In this document: piece after piece, positions 1 to 8,885 of the stretch | How positions within the stretch are numbered: the first letter of the stretch is position 1 | Layout: each line of letters opens with the position of its first letter | Assembly: GCA_038214015.1 (NCBI GenBank) | Contig: JBBQSH010000001.1 | Span: 1,407-65,406, forward strand | Source of the DNA: Ignavibacteriales bacterium | GTDB lineage: Bacteria; Bacteroidota; Ignavibacteria; Ignavibacteriales; Ignavibacteriaceae | Length of the DNA stretch: 64,000 nucleotides | Reading direction: 5' to 3' | Notes under the pieces: model-generated | The model's input: the letters and a program-made list of their open reading frames with translations, nothing else | Told to the model about the DNA's origin: nothing | Database searches by the model: none | Position numbers and translations under genes: made by a program

Positions 1-671
1 TCAGAGGTTGTTCCTGCAGCGGGATCCTTATCATCATTCAGATTTGTATAATTATCCAATCTTTTATGAGAAGTAATATTTTCAATTTTATATTCTTTGC
101 CAGCAATATTCATAAGATGATACTGGATGTTTGCATCTAATTTTATTCCACCTAAACTAAACATTACGCCAACGCCGGCGCCAAGACCAACTCTGGTGGC
201 GCTAGCAATATCATATTTACCACTTGGTACGGCAGATATTCCTTTAAATTCAACATTTCCGGAAAAAGTATTTAATGAAACAAATCCCTGAAAGTAGGGT
301 GTTATTGGAGATAGCGGAATACTCAGTGGAAATTCAGGACCGACTTTCATTGAAAATATTTTGTTAGACAAATCAACACTTCCTTGTCCGGGCGCAGATT
401 CCCCGGAACCACTAAAAGTTGTATATCCAACTTCACCGAATGCGTTGATAAATAAAAGTCCAACTCTTGCTTTGCCATGAAAATTAAAGCCGGATTCCAT
501 CCCGTACTTTGTACCATTATAAAAATCAACAGTTGTTCCACCATAATCTCCAGTTGGAACTGAGTAACCCAATCCAGCGCCAACTTGAAAAGTTACTTGT
601 GCATTTGTCTGATATGCAAAAAGTAAAATAAAAAAAGCGACTGCAAAAAAGGAAATGCTATTTTTTTTCAT
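1..671 (-). CDS. outer-membrane beta-barrel protein, partial (C-terminus runs off the window start)
   Basis: My own minus-strand translation from the ATG at 669-671 gives MKKNSISFFAVAFFILLFAYQTNAQVTFQVGAGLGYSVPTGDYGG... and stays open to position 1. It has a signal peptide followed by a Gly/aromatic-rich alternating beta-strand pattern. It is absent from the ORF track because there is no stop inside the window. Confidence 0.75.
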   Translation of the reverse strand, partial: MKKNSISFFAVAFFILLFAYQTNAQVTFQVGAGLGYSVPTGDYGGTTVDFYNGTKYGMESGFNFHGKARVGLLFINAFGEVGYTTFSGSGESAPGQGSVDLSNKIFSMKVGPEFPLSIPLSPITPYFQGFVSLNTFSGNVEFKGISAVPSGKYDIASATRVGLGAGVGVMFSLGGIKLDANIQYHLMNIAGKEYKIENITSHKRLDNYTNLNDDKDPAAGTTS

Positions 672-733
672 TTGATCCTCTCAATTAAATTTTTACTGCC
701 TAAAATTAGGTAAAATATTTTAGAGTTATTACA

Positions 734-1933
734 ATGTATTTTAAATTGATTGCAAGAGATTCAGTTACTATTTTTAACTATATGGATTCAAAAAAATACA
801 ATAATACTAAGCTTGCAATTGGAATTGTTAAAGCTATTGTAAGTTTTATTTTGCTTTATCTTTTTATTGCTTTGGGATATAGTTTATCATTACAAAAATA
901 CATTCAAACATTAACTGAAAACTCATATTTAGTTTTTATTCTATTTGTTTTTGTGATTGGAATATTTAGTTCAATCTTATTTATGCCAATTAATATTTAC
1001 ACTGGATTTTATTTAGAGCACAAGTATAATTTATCAAATCAAACATTCTTTAAATATTTATTAGAAAATCTTAAATCGATGTTAGTGGGATTAGTAATTG
1101 GAGTACCGATTCTTTTGCTTTTCTTTTTTGTGATAAACCAATTTAGTGATTTATGGTGGCTTGTCTTTGCTTCTGCGATGTTTTTGATTTCGGTTGTACT
1201 TTCTCAGCTATTCCCGATTCTTATTCTTCCAATCTTTTATAAAATTCTTCCTTTAAATGATGAAGAATTAAAATCAAGAATAACCAAACTTGCAAAAGGC
1301 GCAGGTATAACCGTTCAGAATGTTTTTTCTTTTGATATGAGTAAGAATACAAAAAAAGCAAATGCTGCTTTTACTGGATTAGGAAAAACTAAAAGAATCA
1401 TTCTTGGTGATACATTGTTGAATGATTATACCAAAGATGAAATTGAAACTGTAATTGCTCACGAACTTGGGCATTATAAACACAAACACATTATTAAAAA
1501 TTTAATCTTTGGTACAGTCTCAAGTTTTCTAACTTTTTTTATTATATCAATTCTTTATAAAAATTCTTTAAGCTGGTTTGATTTTGAAAGCATCACACAA
1601 ATTGCTGCTTTACCATTATTAAGTTTGTGGGCAATGATCATTGGATTAATTCAATCCCCAATTGGTAATATTCTTTCTCGAAAATATGAGTATGAAGCAG
1701 ACAGATATGCAATTGAATCAACCCGTAAACCTGATAGTTTCATTAAAACACTAAATAAGTTAACAGATCAAAATCTTGGAGATAGAGAACCTCACTCATT
1801 TGTTGAATGGTTTTTTTATTCGCATCCATCAATTAAAAACAGAATTAGTGCGATTAAAGATTTTGTGAGTGAAAAAAATATTGTTGAACAAACTGAGATT
1901 AAAATTATTACACACAGCCCTGAAAGGGCGTAA
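734..1933 (+). CDS. M48 family zinc metallopeptidase (Ste24/HtpX-like), integral membrane
   Basis: HELGH zinc motif (AHELGHYKHKH), several TM helices, and the downstream EYEADRYA segment typical of M48. ATG at 782 (MDSKKYNN) is an alternative start. The last codons (HSPERA) are encoded by a REP-like hairpin. Confidence 0.85.
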   Translation: MYFKLIARDSVTIFNYMDSKKYNNTKLAIGIVKAIVSFILLYLFIALGYSLSLQKYIQTLTENSYLVFILFVFVIGIFSSILFMPINIYTGFYLEHKYNLSNQTFFKYLLENLKSMLVGLVIGVPILLLFFFVINQFSDLWWLVFASAMFLISVVLSQLFPILILPIFYKILPLNDEELKSRITKLAKGAGITVQNVFSFDMSKNTKKANAAFTGLGKTKRIILGDTLLNDYTKDEIETVIAHELGHYKHKHIIKNLIFGTVSSFLTFFIISILYKNSLSWFDFESITQIAALPLLSLWAMIIGLIQSPIGNILSRKYEYEADRYAIESTRKPDSFIKTLNKLTDQNLGDREPHSFVEWFFYSHPSIKNRISAIKDFVSEKNIVEQTEIKIITHSPERA

Positions 1934-2001
1934 ATATATCAACATCGGACGAAGTCCTATGAATTAGAAGTACAAAACATAGAATTAAGTCCTGAAAGGA
2001 C
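1917..2001. repeat. cluster of three REP-like short hairpins upstream of the RAYT gene
   Basis: GCCC-TGAAA-GGGC at 1917-1929, GGAC-GAA-GTCC at 1947-1957 and GTCC-TGAAA-GGAC at 1989-2001. Two of them share the core CTGAAAG. Confidence 0.6.
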
Positions 2002-2011
2002 GGAATAATTT

Positions 2012-2464
2012 ATGGGACAATCTTTAGTAAAAAATTACATCCATATAATATTCAGTACAAAATTTCGAGCACCATTAATTGTAGAATCGATAGAAAATGA
2101 ATTGTATAGCTATATTGGCGGTATCTGTAAACAGTTAGAATGTTATCCAGTAAAAATAGGTGGCTACATAGATCATATCCATATTTTATGTATGCTTTCA
2201 AAAAAAGTACCACTAATAAAATTATTAGAAGAAGTAAAAGCGCATTCATCAAAGTGGATAAAAACTAAAGATGATTCTCTTAAGAAATTTTATTGGCAAA
2301 ATGGTTATGGTGCTTTTTCAGTAAACCCTTATGAAATAGATAAAGTTATTGCATATATAGAGAATCAAAAAGAACATCACAGAAAGAAAACTTTTCAGGA
2401 TGAATACAGAGCCTTTCTTAAAAAGTATACTGTGGATTTTGATGAGAAGTATGTTTGGGATTAA
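2012..2464 (+). CDS. REP-associated tyrosine transposase (RAYT), IS200-like Y1 transposase family
   Basis: 150 aa with an HUH motif (DHIHIL) and a C-terminal catalytic-Tyr context (AYIENQKEHH) typical of the Y1_Tnp family. It is a single gene with no TnpB partner, flanked by short hairpins. Confidence 0.85.
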   Translation: MGQSLVKNYIHIIFSTKFRAPLIVESIENELYSYIGGICKQLECYPVKIGGYIDHIHILCMLSKKVPLIKLLEEVKAHSSKWIKTKDDSLKKFYWQNGYGAFSVNPYEIDKVIAYIENQKEHHRKKTFQDEYRAFLKKYTVDFDEKYVWD

Positions 2465-2474
2465 TTCTTATTTC

Positions 2475-2553
2475 GCACTTTCAGTGCTAATAAGTCTTTT
2501 ACATTATAATCTCAGGACTTTGCCCTGAGTTAATTAAATCGCCCCTTCAGGGC
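2475..2553. repeat. cluster of three REP-like hairpins downstream of the RAYT gene, inverted relative to the upstream set
   Basis: GCACT-TTC-AGTGC at 2475-2487 (contains CTTTCAG, the reverse complement of CTGAAAG). CTCAGG-ACTTTGC-CCTGAG at 2511-2529. GCCC-CTTCA-GGGC at 2541-2553. Confidence 0.6.
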
Positions 2554-2601
2554 TAAAGAATATTTTTTCGAATTTAACTTAGAATTATTAAGTAAAGAAA
2601 A

Positions 2602-3312
2602 TTGATCACTTATTTTAAAATATTTTTAATCGTTATTCATACATTAATTTGTTCATCTATTGGTTTGATAGTAATATTTCTTGATAGAAGTTTTACACTA
2701 TATCATTACCTCGCAAAGATTTTTCCTCTCGGAATATTAATTATTTCTGGTGTTCGGGTTAAGGTAACTGGACTTGAAAACATTGATCGAAAAGCGGTTT
2801 ATGTTTTTGCTTCTAATCATTCAAGTCAGCTTGATATAACGGCATTGCAATGGGGAGTTCCAAATCGGTTAAGTATGATCTTTAAAAAGGAACTTGCAAG
2901 AATTCCATTTTTTGGATGGCAGCTTTATTTGGGTCCTTATGTTGTTATAGATAGGAAAGATCCAAAAGCAGCGATGAATAGTTTGACTGAGGCAAAAAAA
3001 GTTATGGATAAGAAAAAAATATCGGTACTTGTTTTTCCTGAAGGTACAAGAAGTGAAACGGGTGAGGTACAGAGCTTTAAACGCGGTGCTTTTTATCTCG
3101 CTGCTCATAGCGGTTATCCGATAGTCCCAATAACAATAAATGGAACTAAGAAAATTATGCCCAAAGGTACATTCAAACTTAAGAGTGGGACAATCTATCT
3201 TCATTTTGATAAACCAATACCTACTGATAATATTACATCAAAACAAGATGAGCTTGCGTTAATGGAAAAAGTTAGAGAGATTATTATTAGTAATCAGAAA
3301 GAAATTGTGTAA
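2602..3312 (+). CDS. plsC: 1-acyl-sn-glycerol-3-phosphate acyltransferase
   Basis: HX4D acyltransferase motif (NHSSQLD), FPEGTRS motif and an N-terminal TM helix. The start is non-ATG per the ORF track. Confidence 0.85.
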   Translation: MITYFKIFLIVIHTLICSSIGLIVIFLDRSFTLYHYLAKIFPLGILIISGVRVKVTGLENIDRKAVYVFASNHSSQLDITALQWGVPNRLSMIFKKELARIPFFGWQLYLGPYVVIDRKDPKAAMNSLTEAKKVMDKKKISVLVFPEGTRSETGEVQSFKRGAFYLAAHSGYPIVPITINGTKKIMPKGTFKLKSGTIYLHFDKPIPTDNITSKQDELALMEKVREIIISNQKEIV

Positions 3313-3605
3313 TGGCAGTAACCAAAAAAGATGTTGAAAAAATTGCTGAGCTTGCAAGATTAAAATTTTCTGAAGAAGAACTTGAAAACTTCACTCCGCA
3401 GATGAATGAGATATTATCTTATATGGATAAACTTAACGAACTTGATACAGAAAATGTAAAACCACTTTCCCATCCTGTTGAACAAACAAATGTTTTTCGA
3501 GAAGATGAGATGAAAACTTCAATCACTGCAGAAGAAGCCTTAAAAAATGCTCCATCAAAAGACGAGCATCATTTTAAAGTTCCTAAAGTTATTGGTGATA
3601 AATAA
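3312..3605 (+). CDS. gatC: Asp-tRNA(Asn)/Glu-tRNA(Gln) amidotransferase subunit C
   Basis: 97 aa. The N-terminus KKDVEKIAELARLKFSEEELENF...LNELDTENVKPLSHP is the typical GatC pattern. Its start overlaps the plsC stop. Confidence 0.9.
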   Translation: MAVTKKDVEKIAELARLKFSEEELENFTPQMNEILSYMDKLNELDTENVKPLSHPVEQTNVFREDEMKTSITAEEALKNAPSKDEHHFKVPKVIGDK

Positions 3606-4408
3606 TGGCAAAGAAGGTTAAGCCTAAAAAAAATAATCCTTACATACTTGGCGTTATCCCTGCCAGATTTGCATCAACAAGATTATTAGGAAAACCATTA
3701 GCAGACATAGGGGGTAAATTTCTTCTGCAACATACTTTCGAAGGCGCGAGCAAATCCAAGTTGTTAGATAAAATTGTGATTGCTGTAGATGATGATCAGG
3801 TTGCAAAGGCTGCAAAAGGATTTGGAGCTTCTGTAATAATGACCCCAAAAGATTGTCCGACAGGTTCTGATCGAATTGCAATTGTTGCAAAAGAATTTCC
3901 TCGTGCTGATATAATCGTAAACATACAGGGTGATGAACCATTTATTAGCGGAATGATGATTGATCAGGCAATCGAGCCGTTATTATTTGATGATGAAGTT
4001 AATGTTTCAACACTTGCCAAGTTAATTGAGAATGTTGAAGAATTTAATTCACCTTCGGTAGTAAAAGTTGTTTTTGATTATAAAAATTTTGCATTGTACT
4101 TCTCACGTTCTCCAATACCTTTTGTTCGCGATGCAAACAGTGAAATGGAAATGCTTGAGAAAGCAAATGTTTATAAACATGTCGGATTGTATGTTTATCG
4201 TAAAGAATATTTATTGAAGTTTACAAAACTTGAGCCGACTGATTTAGAACAATGGGAAAAACTTGAACAGTTAAGAATGCTTGAAAATGGTTTTAAAGTA
4301 AAAATTGTTGAAACCGATTATGATAGTTTTTCTGTCGATACTCCTGAAGATTTAGAGAAAGCTAGAAAAATTTATTCAAAACTTAAAAAAATTGAGTTAG
4401 CAAGATGA
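3605..4408 (+). CDS. kdsB: 3-deoxy-manno-octulosonate cytidylyltransferase (CMP-KDO synthetase)
   Basis: IPARFASTRLLGKPL and NIQGDEPF motifs, with the expected length of about 250-270 aa. Confidence 0.9.
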   Translation: MAKKVKPKKNNPYILGVIPARFASTRLLGKPLADIGGKFLLQHTFEGASKSKLLDKIVIAVDDDQVAKAAKGFGASVIMTPKDCPTGSDRIAIVAKEFPRADIIVNIQGDEPFISGMMIDQAIEPLLFDDEVNVSTLAKLIENVEEFNSPSVVKVVFDYKNFALYFSRSPIPFVRDANSEMEMLEKANVYKHVGLYVYRKEYLLKFTKLEPTDLEQWEKLEQLRMLENGFKVKIVETDYDSFSVDTPEDLEKARKIYSKLKKIELAR

Positions 4409-5364
4409 TCATCCCCAAAAAGATTTCACTCTCACAAATTCCAACTCCATTAGAAGAAGTAAAGTTTGAAGATAAAAGTTTTTTAATAAAACGTGATGAT
4501 TTAACTGGATGTGAATTATCTGGAAACAAAGTAAGAAAACTTGAATATCTTCTTGCTGATGCAAAACGTAAAGAGGCTGATATAATTTTTACTTCGGGAG
4601 GTGACCAATCAAATCATGCAAGGGCAACTGTTATTGCTGCCAGAAAAATTGGACTCAAAACAAAATTGTTTTTGTGGGGTAAAGAGACTCCAAATCCAAA
4701 TGGTAACCTTTTTCTTGATAAAGTATTCGGAGCAGATATTCAATATTTTACAAAAGCAGAATACGAAAAAGTTAATGATATTATGTTTGAGCAAAGATTA
4801 GCTTTACTTAAAAAGAAAAAGAATGCGTATGTTTTTCCGGCAGGTGGATCAACAACACTTGGAATTTGGGGTTATATAAATTTTATAAATGAACTTAAGA
4901 AACAAATTGACCTGAGTAAAATTGATTCTATTGTTGCAGCTTGTGGCTCAGGCGGCACTGCTGCCGGAATGTTAGTTGGAGCGGCATTAAATAAATTAAA
5001 TGTTAAAATAGTTGCTGTACATGTTTTAATGACCAAAAAAGAGATGGAAAAACATATCCTGCAACTTGCAGAAGGATGTGTGTTAGATTATAAACTGAAT
5101 TGCACAATACATCCTAAGAATTTAATTGTGGTTGATGGATACTCTAAAGAGGGGTACAAAAAAATATCACAGCAAAAAGTAAAATTGATTAAAAAGTTTG
5201 CTCAAGAAACCGGAATCCTTTTCGATCCTGCATATACCGGAAAAGCATTTACAGCATACTATGCAAAATATCTAAAGACAGAAAAAGGGAAGAAAAGTAT
5301 TTTTGTTCACACAGGTGGATTGTTTGGAGTATTTGGAAGAACAAAAGAATATCTCTCAAATTAA
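4405..5364 (+). CDS. PLP-dependent ACC deaminase / D-cysteine desulfhydrase family protein
   Basis: SGNKVRKLEYLL (PLP-lysine context) and GGDQSNHARA, matching the fold-type II PLP enzyme pattern. ATGA overlap with kdsB. Confidence 0.8.
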   Translation: MIIPKKISLSQIPTPLEEVKFEDKSFLIKRDDLTGCELSGNKVRKLEYLLADAKRKEADIIFTSGGDQSNHARATVIAARKIGLKTKLFLWGKETPNPNGNLFLDKVFGADIQYFTKAEYEKVNDIMFEQRLALLKKKKNAYVFPAGGSTTLGIWGYINFINELKKQIDLSKIDSIVAACGSGGTAAGMLVGAALNKLNVKIVAVHVLMTKKEMEKHILQLAEGCVLDYKLNCTIHPKNLIVVDGYSKEGYKKISQQKVKLIKKFAQETGILFDPAYTGKAFTAYYAKYLKTEKGKKSIFVHTGGLFGVFGRTKEYLSN

Positions 5365-5395
5365 ATTTTTATTGGCAGTTAGCTGTAAAATAATT

Positions 5396-5403
5396 TAACT
5401 TTG
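5396..5403 (+). promoter_or_regulatory. candidate Bacteroidota-type -7 promoter element TAnnTTTG
   Basis: TAACTTTG lies 26 nt upstream of the HIT gene ATG, in an intergenic gap. Confidence 0.3.
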
Positions 5404-5429
5404 ATCAACAAATAAAAAGCGAGCATAAA

Positions 5430-5861
5430 ATGGATTGTATATTTTGTGAAATAGCATCAAAATCTTCTGAAGCTGAAATCGTTTTTGAAAATGAAAAGTA
5501 CATAGCCTTTCTTGATATTAACCCAGTTAATTACGGACACACACTTGTAATTCCAAAAGCACATTATGATAATTTTTTAACCATACCTTCTAAAGAACTT
5601 GATGAATTAACAAAGTTAACACAATATCTTTCAGGTGCTATTAAAAGAGCTTTAAAAGCAGATGGGTTTAATGTAATCTCAAACAATGGAACCACGGCAG
5701 GGCAGTCAGTTTTTCATTTTCATTATCACATCATACCAAGATATGAGAATGATTTTCATTTGAGGCTTAGAACTATCGAATATAAAACTTCTGAAATTGA
5801 ATCCTATGCGGAAAAAATCAGAGAATCAGTTTCTAAATATGAGGATATTCTGCATGGATAA
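5430..5861 (+). CDS. HIT family hydrolase
   Basis: Histidine triad HFHYHIIPR, 143 aa. Confidence 0.9.
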   Translation: MDCIFCEIASKSSEAEIVFENEKYIAFLDINPVNYGHTLVIPKAHYDNFLTIPSKELDELTKLTQYLSGAIKRALKADGFNVISNNGTTAGQSVFHFHYHIIPRYENDFHLRLRTIEYKTSEIESYAEKIRESVSKYEDILHG

Positions 5862-6261
5862 AAAAATTCGAGTTGTTGTTGCTAAATCCGGATTAGATGG
5901 ACATGACAGAGGCGCAAAAGTCATCGCAGCTGCTTTACGTGATGCCGGTATGGAAGTTATTTACACTGGGCTAAGACAAACTCCAGAAATGATAGTGGAA
6001 GCAGCAATGCAGGAAGATGCTGATGTGATTGGTATTAGCATTTTGTCCGGTGCACATATGACAATTTTTCCTAAGCTTATGACTTTGCTTAAAGCAAAGG
6101 GAATGGATGATGTACTACTTACAGGCGGCGGAATTATTCCTGAAGATGATATTGTAAAGTTAAAGGAAATTGGTGTAGGAGAATTATTTACTCCCGGTGC
6201 AACGACTACTGCTATAGCTGATTATATAAAAGAGTGGTGCAACACTCACCCAAGAAATTGA
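5855..6261 (+). CDS. cobalamin (B12)-binding domain protein, methylmalonyl-CoA mutase C-terminal-domain type
   Basis: [23 protein letters not shown] contains the DxHxxG B12-binding motif, followed by GGGIIP. I chose the ATG at 5855 (7-nt overlap with the HIT gene) instead of the track start at 5797. Confidence 0.85.
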
Positions 6262-6270
6262 ACATGGAGT

Positions 6271-6609
6271 TTAAACAATCTTATCTAAGTAGGGTAAACA
6301 TTTTAAGGGAATAAGAACATCATATAGATAAACTATTTTATCATTCATTTCTGCGCTAAGCCTTTTCTCAACTTTAAATGGAATACATTTCAATTCTAAT
6401 TCTTTAGTTATCGTAAAGATTTTATCCTCTCCATCTAAACATTTGAATAGCACGTATGGAGATTTTTCAATTGAAAGTGAATCAGATATATTCACTCCAC
6501 ATACTGGACACGTCTCAGCATCAAAACCAATAGTTGATTCAAACTCTGCTAAATAATCAGCAAATTCTGAAAGATCATCCTTCTCAGAATTAATTTTGCC
6601 CTCGGTCAT
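6271..6609 (-). CDS. hypothetical protein, co-transcribed downstream of the sensor kinase
   Basis: 112-aa ORF lying 5 nt after the kinase stop. It has an acidic N-terminus and a CPVCG motif, with no family recognised. Confidence 0.5.
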   Translation of the reverse strand: MTEGKINSEKDDLSEFADYLAEFESTIGFDAETCPVCGVNISDSLSIEKSPYVLFKCLDGEDKIFTITKELELKCIPFKVEKRLSAEMNDKIVYLYDVLIPLKCLPYLDKIV

Positions 6610-6614
6610 TAAAC

Positions 6615-8663
6615 TTAACTGTTATTCGGTTTATTTAATGTGAAAATAATTTTAGTTCCTTCACCAATTTTGCTTTGAACTGTAATTTTACCACCGTGAA
6701 TATTTACAATTTCTTTGCAAAGTGCTAAGCCTAAACCAGTACCTTTTTCCTGCTGTGTACCTTTTGTCGAAAAATTTATATCAATTCTAAAAAGTTTTTC
6801 AATGTCTATATCTCTTATACCTACACCATTATCACTTACAATGTATTCAATATATTCTTCATGTTTATTTTCAGATATCTCTATACTACCGTCAGCAGGA
6901 GTAAACTTAATTGCATTTGAAATAAGATTTTGTACAAGTGACTGAAGCATTATATCATCACCATAAACAAAACTTTGATGACTGAGTTTATTTCTTAAGT
7001 TAATATTTTTCATTCGTGCATTCTGACTCAATAAAATTCTTGTATCTTCAACAATCATAAACATATTTTGCAGTGCGGGATTATATTTCATTTTACCCGA
7101 TTCCAATCTTGACCATTCGAGCAGATTTTCAATAAGCTTGTAAGTGCTTTCGGTTGACTCTTTAATAGTTTGTAAATACAATTTAACTTCATTTTCAGTC
7201 ATCGAATCGTATTCTTCAACAATCATGCGAGTTAAACCAAGCAATCCATGAAACGGACTTTTTAGATCGTGAGCAATGATTGAAAAAAACTTATCCTTGG
7301 AAGCATTTAATTCTTTAAGCTCTTCGGAGTATTGAATAATTTTTTCTTCATTATACTTTTTATCTATCGCAAGAGCAATCTGTTCAGAGATGTATGTTAG
7401 AATTTCTTTTTCTTCTTCTCCGTAAGTAAGTGGATCATTATAATCCTGAACAACTATAACTCCAATAGTCTTCCCTTCAACTTTTAAGGGCACGCCAAGC
7501 CAAATTTTTGTTGTCTCGCCAAGTAAAGAAGTTTCACCTGCTTCTCTAAGCTGCATATCTAATTCTTCGGTAATCAATTGAGTGCAGCCAGTTCTTAATA
7601 CATACTCAGTTAATCCTCTTTCGGCTTTTCGTTCCTCTGGCTGAGGGTCAACCTCATCAACCCAGTAAGGGAATGAGACTGTATCAGTGTCTTGATGGTA
7701 CATTGCAATATAAAAATTTTCTGCACGCATCAATTCACTTATAGTTTGGTGTATAAATTCAAAAAACTCAATAATCTTTATATGTGAAGTTACAGCCGAT
7801 GAAATTTTAAATAAAGCCTCCTTAATAATTTCTGCTTTCTTTAGATCAGTAATATCTCTGGTTATTCCAAAAGTACCGTAAATATTATTGTTATCATCAA
7901 TCAGTGGAATTTTTGTTGTGGATGCCCAGGTTATTTTACCATCCTGCCAGATTTCTTTCTCAATCTTGTTAATTATAGACGTTCGGTTATTAATTATCTC
8001 TTCTTCATCTTTTTTAGCAAATTGTGCGTGTTCATCACGAAAAATATCAAAATCAGTTTTACCTATAAGTTCTTCATATGAACTTAAACCCATTTTAATT
8101 AGTGTTGCTTTATTTGCTTTTATAAATCTGCTGTCAAGATCTTTAAAGTAAATTGAGTCTGGAAGATAATCCATAAAATATTGCTGCAGTTGCAGCTCTC
8201 TTGTAAATCTGGATTCTATCTCTATTTTATCAGATAAATCTTTTACGATAACAAATTGAAACTTTTCAGTTCCGGAACCAATAACCCCAACACTTACAGA
8301 AACACGTATAATTTTTGTTTTATTTTTATTTATGAGATCTATTTCATATTGTTTTGGAACTTCTTCACCTCGTAAACGTTTTTTACTCCTCTCTAAAACT
8401 TTATCAATATCGTTTGGCGCAAGTACTTCTTTAAAACCTAATTCGGTTAATTCACCGATTGTATAACCGAGCATATCGGCAAAGTTCTTATTAGTATACT
8501 TTATTTTTTCATCTTTAAGTAAAAGCAATCCATCCGGAATTGTATGCACAAGTTCATCATACTTGTTCTTAAAATCTGATAATGTATTTGTGATTACGAT
8601 ATCGGATGATACGCCTTCTGATTCTAAATTTTGATTTAAGGATTTAGTTGTGGTGTCATTCAT
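6615..8663 (-). CDS. PAS/GAF sensor histidine kinase (canonical catalytic core)
   Basis: H-box FFSIIAHDLKSPF, N-box NLISNAIKFTP, G1 VSDNGVGI and G2 GTGLGLALCKEI. PAS-like and GAF-like regions lie upstream. Confidence 0.9.
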   Translation of the reverse strand: MNDTTTKSLNQNLESEGVSSDIVITNTLSDFKNKYDELVHTIPDGLLLLKDEKIKYTNKNFADMLGYTIGELTELGFKEVLAPNDIDKVLERSKKRLRGEEVPKQYEIDLINKNKTKIIRVSVSVGVIGSGTEKFQFVIVKDLSDKIEIESRFTRELQLQQYFMDYLPDSIYFKDLDSRFIKANKATLIKMGLSSYEELIGKTDFDIFRDEHAQFAKKDEEEIINNRTSIINKIEKEIWQDGKITWASTTKIPLIDDNNNIYGTFGITRDITDLKKAEIIKEALFKISSAVTSHIKIIEFFEFIHQTISELMRAENFYIAMYHQDTDTVSFPYWVDEVDPQPEERKAERGLTEYVLRTGCTQLITEELDMQLREAGETSLLGETTKIWLGVPLKVEGKTIGVIVVQDYNDPLTYGEEEKEILTYISEQIALAIDKKYNEEKIIQYSEELKELNASKDKFFSIIAHDLKSPFHGLLGLTRMIVEEYDSMTENEVKLYLQTIKESTESTYKLIENLLEWSRLESGKMKYNPALQNMFMIVEDTRILLSQNARMKNINLRNKLSHQSFVYGDDIMLQSLVQNLISNAIKFTPADGSIEISENKHEEYIEYIVSDNGVGIRDIDIEKLFRIDINFSTKGTQQEKGTGLGLALCKEIVNIHGGKITVQSKIGEGTKIIFTLNKPNNS

Positions 8664-8846
8664 TTTAATTTTAGCATTATCTTCTATCTATCCGCTTGAT
8701 AGATCAATGAACAAATATCCACAATTGTGCCATCGAATAAATCAGAAATAGTTCTAAAATTTTTATTCTTCTGGCTTTTTAGCATTACCAGTAAAATTAG
8801 TGAAATATTTACCTGCCTATAATTTTCCATTCGAGTCCAATTTATA

Positions 8847-8854
8847 TATATTTG
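8847..8854 (+). promoter_or_regulatory. candidate -7 promoter element TAnnTTTG
   Basis: TATATTTG lies 31 nt upstream of the pcrA ATG. Confidence 0.3.
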
Positions 8855-8885
8855 CACCTGTTTTTGCGAAAAATTAGAAAGAATT

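Noticed and set aside
347-583. Track ORF of 78 aa on the minus strand
   Set aside because: It is in a different frame from the much longer open frame that starts at 671 with a clear signal peptide and beta-barrel pattern, so it is a shadow ORF.
2052-4801. Antisense or alternative-frame track ORFs at 2052-2252, 2869-3204, 3654-3941, 4601-4801 and 4609-4794
   Set aside because: They are fully embedded in well-supported genes (RAYT, plsC, kdsB, the PLP enzyme), have low-complexity or odd composition, and carry no motifs.
5797-5854. Longer N-terminal extension of the B12-binding protein
   Set aside because: The extension overlaps the HIT gene by 65 nt and adds non-homologous residues. The conserved domain begins right at MDKKIRVVV (ATG at 5855).
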